Below are positions 1-10,431 of a stretch of DNA of 64,000 bases, piece after piece. Within the stretch, counting starts at the first letter, position 1. Every line of letters begins with the position of its first letter. The stretch is from NCBI GenBank assembly GCA_023920165.1, contig CP089277.1, positions 1,426,001-1,490,000 on the forward strand. Reading direction: 5' to 3'. The translations under genes were made by a program, and so were the position numbers. The DNA is from Curvularia clavata. Its lineage: Eukaryota. The notes beneath the pieces are model-generated. The model worked only from the letters and a program-made list of their open reading frames with translations. It had not been told where the DNA came from and did no database searches.

Positions 1-43
1 AATTCACTCTCAACCAAAGATTTCAGAAATCCGCCTTAATAAG

Positions 44-481
44 ATGCCTCCCTTCTGGACCATCGGCTGTCTGTATGGCGCATCGAGTGTTATGCTTGGC
101 GCATTCGGAGCTCACGGCTTGAAGAAGCGAATTGCGGATCCTGCGCGCATTGCGAACTGGGGGACTGCAGCCCAATACCAGGTACGTTTATTACTACATC
201 CCTCTATGGGATTGAATATTTCTGTTGTTAATGTCCACCAGCTCGTTCACTCGGCTGTGCTGACATTCGCATCCGTCGTCGCACCGCAAAACACAGTCGC
301 TATGAGTCTGCTCACCGCAGGCATGACTATGTTCTCCGGCTCTCTGTACCTACTTGTCCTGGATCCTCAGCGTTTTGGGAAGTTCATGGGTCCAGTGACC
401 CCCATCGGAGGGATGTGCTTGATTGGAGGGTGGGTTGCACTGGCGCTCACGAAGAGGCCTGTTGTTCCCAAGTTCAGGTAA
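44..481 (+). CDS. DUF423/TMEM256-family small membrane protein; in-frame intron 182-241
   Basis: Motifs GAFGAHGLK, W.TA.QYQ..H, FSGSLY and G.VTPIGG..LI.GW. Removing the 60-nt GTACGT...CAG intron joins QYQ to LVHS. Confidence 0.9.
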   Translation: MPPFWTIGCLYGASSVMLGAFGAHGLKKRIADPARIANWGTAAQYQVRLLLHPSMGLNISVVNVHQLVHSAVLTFASVVAPQNTVAMSLLTAGMTMFSGSLYLLVLDPQRFGKFMGPVTPIGGMCLIGGWVALALTKRPVVPKFR

Positions 482-569
482 ACTGTCAAACTCTGGACAA
501 GCGATGAATGGACGTGTATCGATTAAATGTAAAATTGGGCATCATGCAGGGATTATATGTTACAGATAT

Positions 570-1490
570 CTATACGAGTGCAATGCCAGTCAAATCTCCC
601 AGCTCAGGAAACAAGACCCTTTTTTTCCGTGTTTGCAGATCAACTGCATACACTCCGCCCGCGAGGTCACTCACATATGCGGTCCTATTCTCCAGGTCCA
701 ACGCAAGTCCAATTGTCTCATGAAACCGGCTTGCGAGAATCTCAACCTCTCCCACTGGCTCCTCGCCACCTCCAACAAACGCCCTGTTCAACGTGTTGCC
801 CTTGGGAGGATCTCCACGGTCTGTCCAGTACAGCACCGCCTTCTCTTCATCCAACTCGAGGTCGATCGGCTCAGGTAGTTTGTCAAAAACTTTCTCACGC
901 ACTTCTGCGTTATCAATGCGCGCGCGATAAATGGTGCCAGCATTTCCTTTGGATGCACCTTTTTGTGTCCAGTAAAACCAGCCTCTGCGCTCATCGACCG
1001 CAATTCCAACACACCAATTCCGTGTATCTGCCGCATCCTCCGCGTTTTGTGGGTCACCGGTAGATACAAGCACCTCAGGCTCCTCTGTTTCGAGCGGCAT
1101 GCGCATGACCTTCATGCCTTCACGGTCGCACCAGTAGAGAGTGCGGCTCTCCCTTGCAAGGGTGATCTGCTTCGGTGTCCAGACACCCTTCGTGCCGGTA
1201 GGCACAACTGTGCGACGGTTGGAGCCATCGAGTGAAGCAGTCTCAATACTGCCCGTGTTGGTAGAGAGTGTAGTGCCCATGTTCGTCCACCACATAATAT
1301 TGCTACTGTGATCGACTGTCATGCCATCTGGCAATGTGGGGACTGATATGACGGGTTGCAGATCGCTACCATCTGTATTACACGATACTATGCGACCGCC
1401 TGTATGGTTGGGCGAGGAGAGTGATGCATCGAGGATATAGAGACGTTGTTTCGAGGCTGCCCTCGGAGGTAGCTCAGTGACTGAGGGCAT
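570..1490 (-). CDS. YWTD (LDL-receptor class B)-type six-bladed beta-propeller protein, 306 aa, intronless
   Basis: Repeated blades PDGMTVD...MWWTN, LYWCDREG, GIAVD...FYWTQ, PIDLELD...LYWTDRG, IGLALD...AYVSD. No signal peptide. Confidence 0.85.
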   Translation of the reverse strand: MPSVTELPPRAASKQRLYILDASLSSPNHTGGRIVSCNTDGSDLQPVISVPTLPDGMTVDHSSNIMWWTNMGTTLSTNTGSIETASLDGSNRRTVVPTGTKGVWTPKQITLARESRTLYWCDREGMKVMRMPLETEEPEVLVSTGDPQNAEDAADTRNWCVGIAVDERRGWFYWTQKGASKGNAGTIYRARIDNAEVREKVFDKLPEPIDLELDEEKAVLYWTDRGDPPKGNTLNRAFVGGGEEPVGEVEILASRFHETIGLALDLENRTAYVSDLAGGVYAVDLQTRKKRVLFPELGDLTGIALV

Positions 1491-2259
1491 GGCGTGTGAC
1501 GTGGAATACGTCCAATCTGATGAAATATGATACGATTGATGTAGTAAGGAATTGATTTAATGTCTAAGGAGATAGTTATAATGTGTGAAGTTTTGTCAGA
1601 TATGTATCAAGCCATTAGTCCCAAACCACCAGCCTGCTACATACATATACACATACTTACGCCGACCACGGTTGCCCCCGTCATCACTATGAGCTACTCG
1701 GCGCAAACTCGGATCCACAGTATGCCATAATTCCCCGTAAAGGACTTCTCACCTCCATTCCACTTTTTGCGCACGTCCGAATTAACGCGTCGCACGTTTG
1801 CAAGGTCGGGTTTGCTGGGTAGCTCGGCCGAGCCGATGCCATCACCACCACTAAGTTTACCACGCCGCAATTGCTCGAAATAGAGGCTGTCATCTCTTTC
1901 CAGTAACTAAAGAAACTTTAGCACCTTGAGAAAATCTTTTTGCAACGTGGTATGCATATGGGTTCAGGATGTAAGGCCGGGGAGTTAGCCACACTGCATG
2001 GCATGACGTCATCATCCCGGTCAATCCTCCACAGGCTACGATTGGATTTCGTCTCAACATTGAATCAACAAGAGGATGTCAGCATGTTGGACCTGCTTAG
2101 AAAATTATGGAGAGATTGTGTTGTATTATGGGAAGAAATCTGACAACACTAAACTAGAAATCACTGTTAACAATATTGAAGCCGTTATGAGAAACTCCAA
2201 AATGCATTCCAAAAGGGTATCTATCTATTCATCTATCTACATCCTCACATATCAATCTT

Positions 2260-3246
2260 CTACAGATTCTTTCTCTTCTTCGCATACCCATCCCACTCCT
2301 GCCTCAAGTTCAGCAACTTGACCAACTCCGAATCACGCTGTGTGACCAAGTCATCAAATTTCCTCTCAGCAACTGCTTCCATTGTACCCTCGACCCACTT
2401 CTTCCTCAAGTCATCGTCTAGCACGGGATCCTTTTGTGCCCACCAAGTGGTTAAAGGACCCAATAGGTGATCCGCCATGTGCTGGGCGCCCTGCTCACCG
2501 CCGGCAAGATGAAACAGTGCGTTAGGGCCCATGATGCCCCAGCGCAGTCCAGGTCCGTACGCCATAGCATCGTCAATGTCCGAGATACTACAGATATCAT
2601 CCTGTACCATATGCAGCATTTCGCGCATCAGTGCTGCCTGTAGCCGATTGGCAATGTGTCCAACAACTTCCTTTTTGACATGTACCGCTTTCTTGCCAAT
2701 GGATGTGTAGAATTTCATGGTGCGGTCAATGGTCTCTGATGCCGTCTGCTCTCCACCAACAACTTCCACGAGTGGAATGAGGTGAGGTGGATTGAAAGGA
2801 TGGCCAATCACAACGCGCTCAGGATGTGAGTTCGCCCTCATACCAGACTGAATTGACGTGCAAGTTAAGCCACTGGAAGAGGTGGCGATGATGGTATCTG
2901 GGCGGACGTAGGAGACGATGTTGTTAAAGAGTTGCTGCTTGAGATCGAGTCGCTCAGGCCCATTCTCCTGCACAAAGTCTGCATCGTTGAGAGCTGCCGC
3001 GAGGTCGGTTGTGAATATGATATCATCGGGAGATGCTTTGGTGCTCTTGCGCATGCCCAGAGATTCCAGCACGGGAAGTGCATTGGCGACGAGCTTTCGC
3101 AGTGTCGTTTCAGCGGCTGGGTTGATGTCAAAGGCTGTCACTTTGAGGCCTTGCGCCAGGAAGAGAGCAGCCCATGATGCTCCAATTGAACCACTGCCAA
3201 TGACAGTAATGCGCTGAATTGTAGAAGAGACTGTTGAGTGTGGCAT
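2260..3246 (-). CDS. 3-hydroxyacyl-CoA dehydrogenase family protein (L-carnitine dehydrogenase / lambda-crystallin-like), intronless
   Basis: Rossmann GSGSIG, QENGPE, TSSSG, HPFNPPHLIPLVEVVG, GHIANRLQAAL, GPGLRW. Probable start is ATG at 3246 (MPHSTVSS). Confidence 0.9.
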   Translation of the reverse strand: MPHSTVSSTIQRITVIGSGSIGASWAALFLAQGLKVTAFDINPAAETTLRKLVANALPVLESLGMRKSTKASPDDIIFTTDLAAALNDADFVQENGPERLDLKQQLFNNIVSYVRPDTIIATSSSGLTCTSIQSGMRANSHPERVVIGHPFNPPHLIPLVEVVGGEQTASETIDRTMKFYTSIGKKAVHVKKEVVGHIANRLQAALMREMLHMVQDDICSISDIDDAMAYGPGLRWGIMGPNALFHLAGGEQGAQHMADHLLGPLTTWWAQKDPVLDDDLRKKWVEGTMEAVAERKFDDLVTQRDSELVKLLNLRQEWDGYAKKRKNL

Positions 3247-4001
3247 TTTGAAATGAAACGAACTGAACTGAATGGAATTGAACTGTGAAACTTGAATATT
3301 ATCAACGCGAAATAAGCTACCGCATCGTGCCATTTAAATTTCTATCACTTGCACATATTCCATCGCATCTCGTGGTGCCTGGCTAGAGCAGAGATGTTCG
3401 CACGAGGAACCACAATACCGGCCGATCACCGAAGTGATGTCAGACCGCCGATCTGATCGCCAATTGCCCGGAGCGGACCGATAGGCAGCAAGGGTCTACG
3501 TTTGTGCAGGACTGGTATATTCAGAGCAGAGATTTTGACAACGTTGGAAATATGATGCAAACTCGCCGGATTGGGGCTCGGACTGGGGAAAGGCTGCGTG
3601 CGGGAGATCTCGGCCAAGTTACCGTCCGTAGTTTAAGCGCAGAACAGCGCAACGTACCCCGTAGGGCTGCAAGGTTCATGATGTTCGTACGAAGAAATAG
3701 TAAAGATAATGATGAAATATCTCCGAACTATTTCCTTCTTGACCGGATCGGACACACGTAACCGCAGACTTTTGGGAAACTTGTAGTTGCAGACCCTGGT
3801 TGTAGGACTTCAGCATTAAAGATATAAGAGAGAGATGCTGCTTGAATAGACTAGCATCTAGTCAACTACTTTAACCACCTCAAGACACTTTAACCGCATC
3901 GGACAACGTCATCCGTCCCAAGCTGAACACCCCGCTTTACATTGTTCTTTATTCTACAATTCTCATTTATCTCGTCTCAAATCACACTTCATAACACAAC
4001 C

Positions 4002-5744
4002 ATGGCTTCGTCAGACCGTATCCCAGATGTCTATGGTCCTGGAACCTACACAGACAAGACTTTCGTTCCCGTCCCTCAAGATACCGAACGCATCTTTCGT
4101 CAACTCGCATCACAAACACCCGGCTTCACACAGGATGAAGCTATCCTCTCGAAAGTCAAGTTCACAGGCGAGGAATATCCCGTCATCCCAGGACCTATCA
4201 AGGCAACATCCGTTGCCGCTGCATTGCATGCCATGTGCGGTGTACTCGCAGATGAGATACTCGCAATAAGAGGCGCAAAAGACGACAAGCGCGAGATTAC
4301 CGTGAACACAACACATGCTGCAATGTGGTTCGGTTGTGTTGCTACAGCATTCGTCAACGGAGAAGACGTTCCCACCCTGTCGGCACAGAAGAAGCTGAGT
4401 GCATTGCTTCCCGACTGGGAGAAAGGCTGGACAGATACACCTCTTAAGTATCGTGCAACTGCACTGTATCCTACCAAAGATCCCGAGACATGGTACTCTC
4501 TCCACGGAAGCATGAACGCTCTTCCTACACTGGAGATGATTGGTCTCGATCCCAACACCCCAACGTCATCCAACGAGGAGGCTGCAGAGCTCATTGCCAA
4601 GCACACCAAGAACTTCAGTCCTGCTGAGCTCGAGATGAAGAACTTGATGAAAGGTCTTTGCGGCTCTATCTGCTTCACACCGCAGCAATGGAACGAATCG
4701 ACCATGGGTAAATCTTTGGCCGCACACCCGCTTGTCAATGTCAAGCAACAGAAGCAGGCTGTCCCAACCCCACCCGTCAGCTTCCCACCCTTCAACCCGC
4801 AAGATCGCAGGCCCCTCGCTGGCGTGAAGATTGTCGAACTTACTCGTGTCATTGCTGGCCCTGAGGTCGGAACCATCCTCACAGCATTTGGCGCAGATGT
4901 GATCCGTCTCAACGCTCCTCATCTCCCTGACATCAACATTATGCAGCTCACTCTCAACGCCGGAAAGCGAACATCAACCGTCGATCTGCGCAGCGAGTCT
5001 GACAGGAAGTACCTCCAGTCCCTGCTTGCTGACGCAGATGTGTTCATCCAAGGCTTCCGCATGGGTAAGATGGCCAAGTTCGGTCTCGGCCTTGACGAGA
5101 TGCTGGAGATGGCTGGCAAGCGAGGCAAGGGCATCGTGTACGTGTCTGAGAACTGCTACGGACCAGACGGATACTACAAGGAGAGACCTGGCTGGCAGCA
5201 AATTGCAGATGCCGCAGCTGGCTCTGCGTACGTGACTGGCAAGGCTCTGGAGATCACACAGAATCTTCCTAAGAATGAGGCGGTTTTGCCTTGTCTGCCC
5301 ATCTCGGACATGTCTACTGGAGTCCTCGCAGCCGTAGGCACTATGCAGGCCCTGCGTGACCGCGCCATTAAGGGAGGAAGCTACCAGGTCCACGCTTCGC
5401 TTGTTGGCGTTAACGCTTATGCGCTACGTGAAGATGTTGGTCTCTACCCACTTGAAATCGTCAAGCAATGTCAAGAAAGGTTCCAGTGGGGCGAGATGCG
5501 TGGAAGCCACCACGTGCTCGACCTGCTTGTAACGATTTACAAGGGCTGGAAGAAGGTTATCGGCCAGTACTTGGAGGAGAACTGTGGATGGTACCAGAGC
5601 TTTGAGAACAGCGCATTTGAAGGCAAGCGATTGAGCATTCTAAAGCCCGTGCCGCAGATTAAGGGTGCCGAGGGAGCGGCTTGGAGTTCACCAAGTGTAC
5701 CGTACGCCATGGAGAAGTTGGAGGAGATAAAGTGGTTGGCTTAG
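4002..5744 (+). CDS. CoA-transferase family III (CaiB/BaiF) protein, intronless
   Basis: RPLAGVKIVELTRVIAGP, FGADVIR, NAGKR...DL, ADVFIQGFR, CYGPDG..RPGW, and LPISDMSTG with the Asp at the expected catalytic position. Kozak-like ACCATGG at 4002. Confidence 0.92.
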   Translation: MASSDRIPDVYGPGTYTDKTFVPVPQDTERIFRQLASQTPGFTQDEAILSKVKFTGEEYPVIPGPIKATSVAAALHAMCGVLADEILAIRGAKDDKREITVNTTHAAMWFGCVATAFVNGEDVPTLSAQKKLSALLPDWEKGWTDTPLKYRATALYPTKDPETWYSLHGSMNALPTLEMIGLDPNTPTSSNEEAAELIAKHTKNFSPAELEMKNLMKGLCGSICFTPQQWNESTMGKSLAAHPLVNVKQQKQAVPTPPVSFPPFNPQDRRPLAGVKIVELTRVIAGPEVGTILTAFGADVIRLNAPHLPDINIMQLTLNAGKRTSTVDLRSESDRKYLQSLLADADVFIQGFRMGKMAKFGLGLDEMLEMAGKRGKGIVYVSENCYGPDGYYKERPGWQQIADAAAGSAYVTGKALEITQNLPKNEAVLPCLPISDMSTGVLAAVGTMQALRDRAIKGGSYQVHASLVGVNAYALREDVGLYPLEIVKQCQERFQWGEMRGSHHVLDLLVTIYKGWKKVIGQYLEENCGWYQSFENSAFEGKRLSILKPVPQIKGAEGAAWSSPSVPYAMEKLEEIKWLA

Positions 5745-5797
5745 GTTGTGGATGACCAAGTTCTCTTTCTTGTTTCGATACCATATGTAAATGTCTC

Positions 5798-6538
5798 CTA
5801 GTTTGATACCGATGCACTTTCCTGTTCCGGTTCAAAATCATATCCGTAGATAATAGCATCTACTTTCCGCCCAGGAAAGCTCTTCAATTGCCCACACTTC
5901 TTCACCCTTCCGATCCTCTCAAACCCTAGCGAATCCCAAATCTTACAAGACGCAACATTTGTCTCGTAAACTAGGTTGAATACTGAATACGTGAAACCCT
6001 GTTTGTTCATCAGCACCCACAGAATCTTTAGCTCCGTCATTCCACTTACCAGCTTCGGCGCCCATCCCAGATACGCCTTGGCCAACAACTTCCCCACACC
6101 CGCATTCCTCCTCACCTTAGTGACCAAGAACCCCGCGTTACAAACATGGCTGCTGCGCCCGGGGTAATTCGGCTTGATGTAGAAGCTCCCCAGGCAGAGC
6201 TGCGACCAGTCTGCGTCTTGCATACCAGCAACGTCCTCGACGCTTAGGGACTCTCCGAGCAGCATGACGGCGGCGAAGGTGCTGAACCAGTACGGGCCAA
6301 AGGCTGCGAGAGGCATTGGTGAAAGCATCGGGTATGTGTCACCGGCCTCAATCTCGAGCGCGAGTTGCGTGCAGAGGAAGGAGACAAGAGAAGGTGGAAC
6401 CTGACTGGGCGAGGTGAAGGGGAGAATGGTTGCTTTGGTAGTACCGTCTCGGAGAGTGACATGTATAGGGGCGAATTCCGGAATTGCATGAGTAAGTGGG
6501 ATGGGTGGTGATGTGGGGTCGTCGAGCATTGCCGGCAT
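5798..6538 (-). CDS. GNAT N-acetyltransferase (Mpr1/Spt10-like); intron 5999-6049
   Basis: GDTYP, CLGSFYIKPNYPGRSSHVCNAGFLV, YSVFNLVYETNVASCKIWDSLGF. The 51-nt GTAAGT...CAG intron joins APKL to GFTY. Confidence 0.88.
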   Translation of the reverse strand: MPAMLDDPTSPPIPLTHAIPEFAPIHVTLRDGTTKATILPFTSPSQVPPSLVSFLCTQLALEIEAGDTYPMLSPMPLAAFGPYWFSTFAAVMLLGESLSVEDVAGMQDADWSQLCLGSFYIKPNYPGRSSHVCNAGFLVTKVRRNAGVGKLLAKAYLGWAPKLVSGMTELKILWVLMNKQGFTYSVFNLVYETNVASCKIWDSLGFERIGRVKKCGQLKSFPGRKVDAIIYGYDFEPEQESASVSN

Positions 6539-7690
6539 GGTGTTGGTAGTTGAAGGGTGGTTTTGGTGAGACCTGAGATGCAATTGGGTTGGATGAGTTC
6601 AGGGAAAGTCGAATTCTGTAGCTTCTAGCTTCTGGTTGAGCGTTTGTTGTGAGCAGTGTGCGGTAGATAGCAAGACGGAATTATTCAAAGACGCTATGCC
6701 TAAATGAGTGAAACGTTCCCCATCACCATAATAGTGCGGTAGGTTAAAAAGTGTCGATGTCAATCTTGATCTTTTTGATGCGATTCAGAATGTTTGTTCG
6801 GTGAATCGGTTGCAACTGTTGTCCGTTGGATTGAGGACTGTTGCATAGTGGCGTGAATCATTTGGTAATTGATCCTATCCATCATTTCCCCACTCTCGTG
6901 TTCATTATACAACGGGATTCTGAGATTGAATATTTTGGTTTGTTTTAAGTTCCAGAGTGGTGTATGTACAATGCGATATTGGAGTTGGCTCCATTATGAA
7001 AACTTTGATGTGTGGCTGGGATACTTGCGGAGGCAGGTCAGCGTGGCTTACTATGCTGGAACACAGGTACTTCCATACACTTTGGAACCTTGTTCATGAT
7101 CACATCCTTCTGATTCCGTTTGCTATTTGCCGCATTAGTATCTAAATAGTAACTTTGCAAGCAGTTCTTGGACACGCGGAAGTGTACTCGCGTGGCGAAG
7201 GGCGTTGAACCGGAAATTACGAACACATGAAGTTTGCCACTCGTAGAATGTTTTGTTGCGTAGCATTTCTGCACGACCCGAAGAGAGAACGCTATTATGA
7301 ACAAATACATCAGATCATCACATGGATCATTCAGCGGCTTTCTGCGGCCTCAACAATATACCCGGGTTGAGGGGAAGATACATATCCGCCCTGCCTTGCT
7401 TCTTGGCGGCAGAGCCCTATTAGGAAGCTCGCGATATACCAGGTTACAAACGCCTGGGCATGTTCTTGGCTAGCGGATGAGTATCGCTCCACATACTCGA
7501 TAAGATTCAAGCGTTGTAATTGAATGCAGTGCTGTTGTGCGCTATTACAATTCCAGATGGACATTCCATCATTGCTCTTGGCTTCCTAACGGTCGGATAA
7601 GATCATGACAGGGATCAAGGCGCGTACTTAAGGAGTTCAGGCGGAATCTAAGTTCTCTGTAAAATATCGTAAACTCTGTCAAGATCCAAG

Positions 7691-9072
7691 ATGAGGTTGT
7701 TAAAGCTGGCGTTGGCCACTCAATTGGCAGCAGCGTCTCCTCTTACACACGGCGCTAGCCCCGAGTCTCGCAGTGTTGAATCAAGCTACGATGGTTACCA
7801 AGTTTACTCAATCACGCCATCTTCTGCTGAAGAAGCTCGCAGTCTCAGCGAGCGATTCTCCAAGTATCATACCCACCCTATCCGCAATACCTTGTCGGTC
7901 GCCATTCCGCCCGAGGAAATCGATTCCTTCAATGCATTGGGATTAAAAGCCCGCCTGTTGAACCCGGATCTGGGCGAGTACATTCGCTCTACCGACAAGG
8001 AGCCTGTATACAAGCGAGACTTGCACACGGCTGGTCAGCTCCCGGATCTCTCGTGGTTCGACACTTACCATGCCTATGCTGACCACTTGCAATACTGGGA
8101 CGACCTTGTCGCGGCATTTCCTGTAAACTCGGAAAAGTTTTCGATCGGAGAGAGTTACGAGAACAGAACAATTTGGGCGTTTCATTTCTTTGGTGATAAG
8201 AAGAAGCTTGGAGAGCGCGAAGAGAAGCCCGTTGTCCTTTGGCATGCCACTGTTCATGCGAGAGAATGGATCTCTACGATGGGTAAGCAGAAAATGCGCA
8301 AGACATGGAAGACTAGCTGACACTCTCAGTCATTGAGTACTTGGCCTACCAGCTCATCGATGGATACCAGAAAGGGGACGCGAACGTGACCAAGTTTTTG
8401 GATTATTATGACTTCTACCTCGTCCCCTTTCACAACCCAGATGGATTTTCGTATACGCAAACCAACGATCGATTGTGGCGCAAGAACCGCCAGCCACGTC
8501 CGGAACTTAACACAACGTGTCTCGGCACCGATGGCAACCGCAACTGGAAGTTCGAATGGGACGCAACGCCCCCGGATGGTGGTTCAACCCCCGATCCCTG
8601 TGGCCAGACGTATCGTGGGCAAGCACCGGGCGACACGCCTGAGAACCAAGCCATGGATGGACTGTCTGCTAAACTCGCCAAGACTGGAGCTGGTATTCGA
8701 TCGTTCATCGACTTTCATTCCTATGGCCAACTTATTCTTACCCCCTACGGTTACTCATGCGACCCGCTTCCCGAGACACTTCCACGTATGCTCGAAGTAG
8801 CGGGCGGTACTGCCAAGGCCATTTTTGATGCAAACATACGAAACAGCACGTATGAGTTTGGACCTGGCTGCCAGATTTTGTACTTCTCCACGGGTAACTC
8901 GAGAGATCATCACTACGCAGTGCATGGTGCCGAGCATTCTTGGACGATGGAACTGAGTCCGCAAGATCAGAGTGGAGGTGGGTTTGTCCTACCGCCCGAA
9001 CTGATTTGGCCAACTGTGAAGGAGCAGTGGGCGGGACAGGTGTGGCTATTGAATGACGTTTGGGTGGATTGA
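7691..9072 (+). CDS. Secreted zinc carboxypeptidase, M14A family; intron 8283-8329
   Basis: Signal peptide, HAREW zinc motif, NPDG, RLWRKNR, DGNRNW, DFHSYGQ, ELSP. The GTAAGC...CAG intron joins the two ORFs in frame. Confidence 0.93.
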
Positions 9073-10431
9073 GCCCCTGGGACCTGTTGTAGGGTTGCGA
9101 AATGTCAAGATTCCTTGAATTAAAGAAAGTGCAAGTGTTTGGAAACAGGGCAAATGTATACTCCTAGATTCGCAGCCATGTTGAGATGCTTGATAATTCT
9201 GTGCCTCCATTCATGTTTGACTCGACTGTTCCTCCAGCAAAACGACAAGAGGCCAACAGAGTTGAGCGTATTATCGCGGGGAAATTCGAAATTCGGATCT
9301 GCGATAGTCTCGAAAATCCTTACGGTCAGGCTCTCGTTGCGGGCGGCCCACGTAGAGAATACGGCGTAACAGTGGGGATTCTAGTGCTGATTGTGAGTTA
9401 TGGAAGAAGACCGCTCTTGGGCAGCAAAAAGAAGAGGGAACACTCTATAGCGGCAATTGTCCCTGGTGTGTACGAATGAAGTAGCAAACATGCAATAAAC
9501 ATCCAGACGCATTCAGCCAAACATGGGCAACGGACGCTTATTCCACCGTGGTCCGCGGTCGGTAGAGGGCGGCGAAGGAGGCGAGGGCGGGGCCCAGAGC
9601 GCGGACGATGCAGAAAGGATGAGGGTCTATGACGAGGAGGGGTGAGTCAACAGAGGCACGTCGTTCTGGCTCCTGCCGCATCCATGGCTGAAGTACGGTA
9701 AAGGTGATGGAGAGGGCGACTAGTGGCAGAAAAGCAGGACATGGCCACGGTGGTGTGCATCAAGGTGGGCAGTATCGCCGCCAAGCCCACATGAGATGCG
9801 ACTAGTAGTGGGGCTGGGTACACAGTATGATGGCAATCTTAAGTACCCCGCCAAAAGTTTTGCAGTGCGGCAAAAGTGAAACCCGAGCTGCCTCATTTGC
9901 AGGCCCAAGGCTGCCGTCAGCATGTGTTTTTTTTTGTTGATAGACGAGGAAAAGAGAGGCGAGATATTTTCCTGTGAATTGAGACGTGGGGCACAGGCAG
10001 ACGACGGGTGGAGAAAAGCAATGTCTTGCTGCGGGCACGAGGGCGTTGCCCCAGTGAAGTCAGCCCAGAAGAACAGGCAGTGACGATGGGCTGGCAGACT
10101 CGCGTGAGGCAACTGCGGCTGTGGCGAGTCTGTAGTAGGCGGTCAGCCGTGCTTTGAGGGCGCTGGAGCGTCTGGGGCCAATCAGGCGGGGCTGTTTTGC
10201 CCCTCTGGCTGTAGAATTCGTTGCCAGTGAAGGAGTTTTCGTAGCCCAACCGGGGGCTAGCGCCTAAAACTAGCACGGACCCACCAGCCCTCCCAGCTAT
10301 ATTAGCAACACTCGACCCCTCCATCGTCCAATTCTTCTCTTCGTCCAACTCATACCTTACACCGCGCGCTGTAAATCTGAGTATTCAACAGCTTTTCCTC
10401 ACTTTACAAAAAACAACACAACACCGCCACC

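Noticed and set aside
2260..2280. Peroxisomal PTS1 on the dehydrogenase (-RKNL)
   Set aside because: Non-canonical tripeptide, and the partner genes lack PTS1. Too weak to claim.
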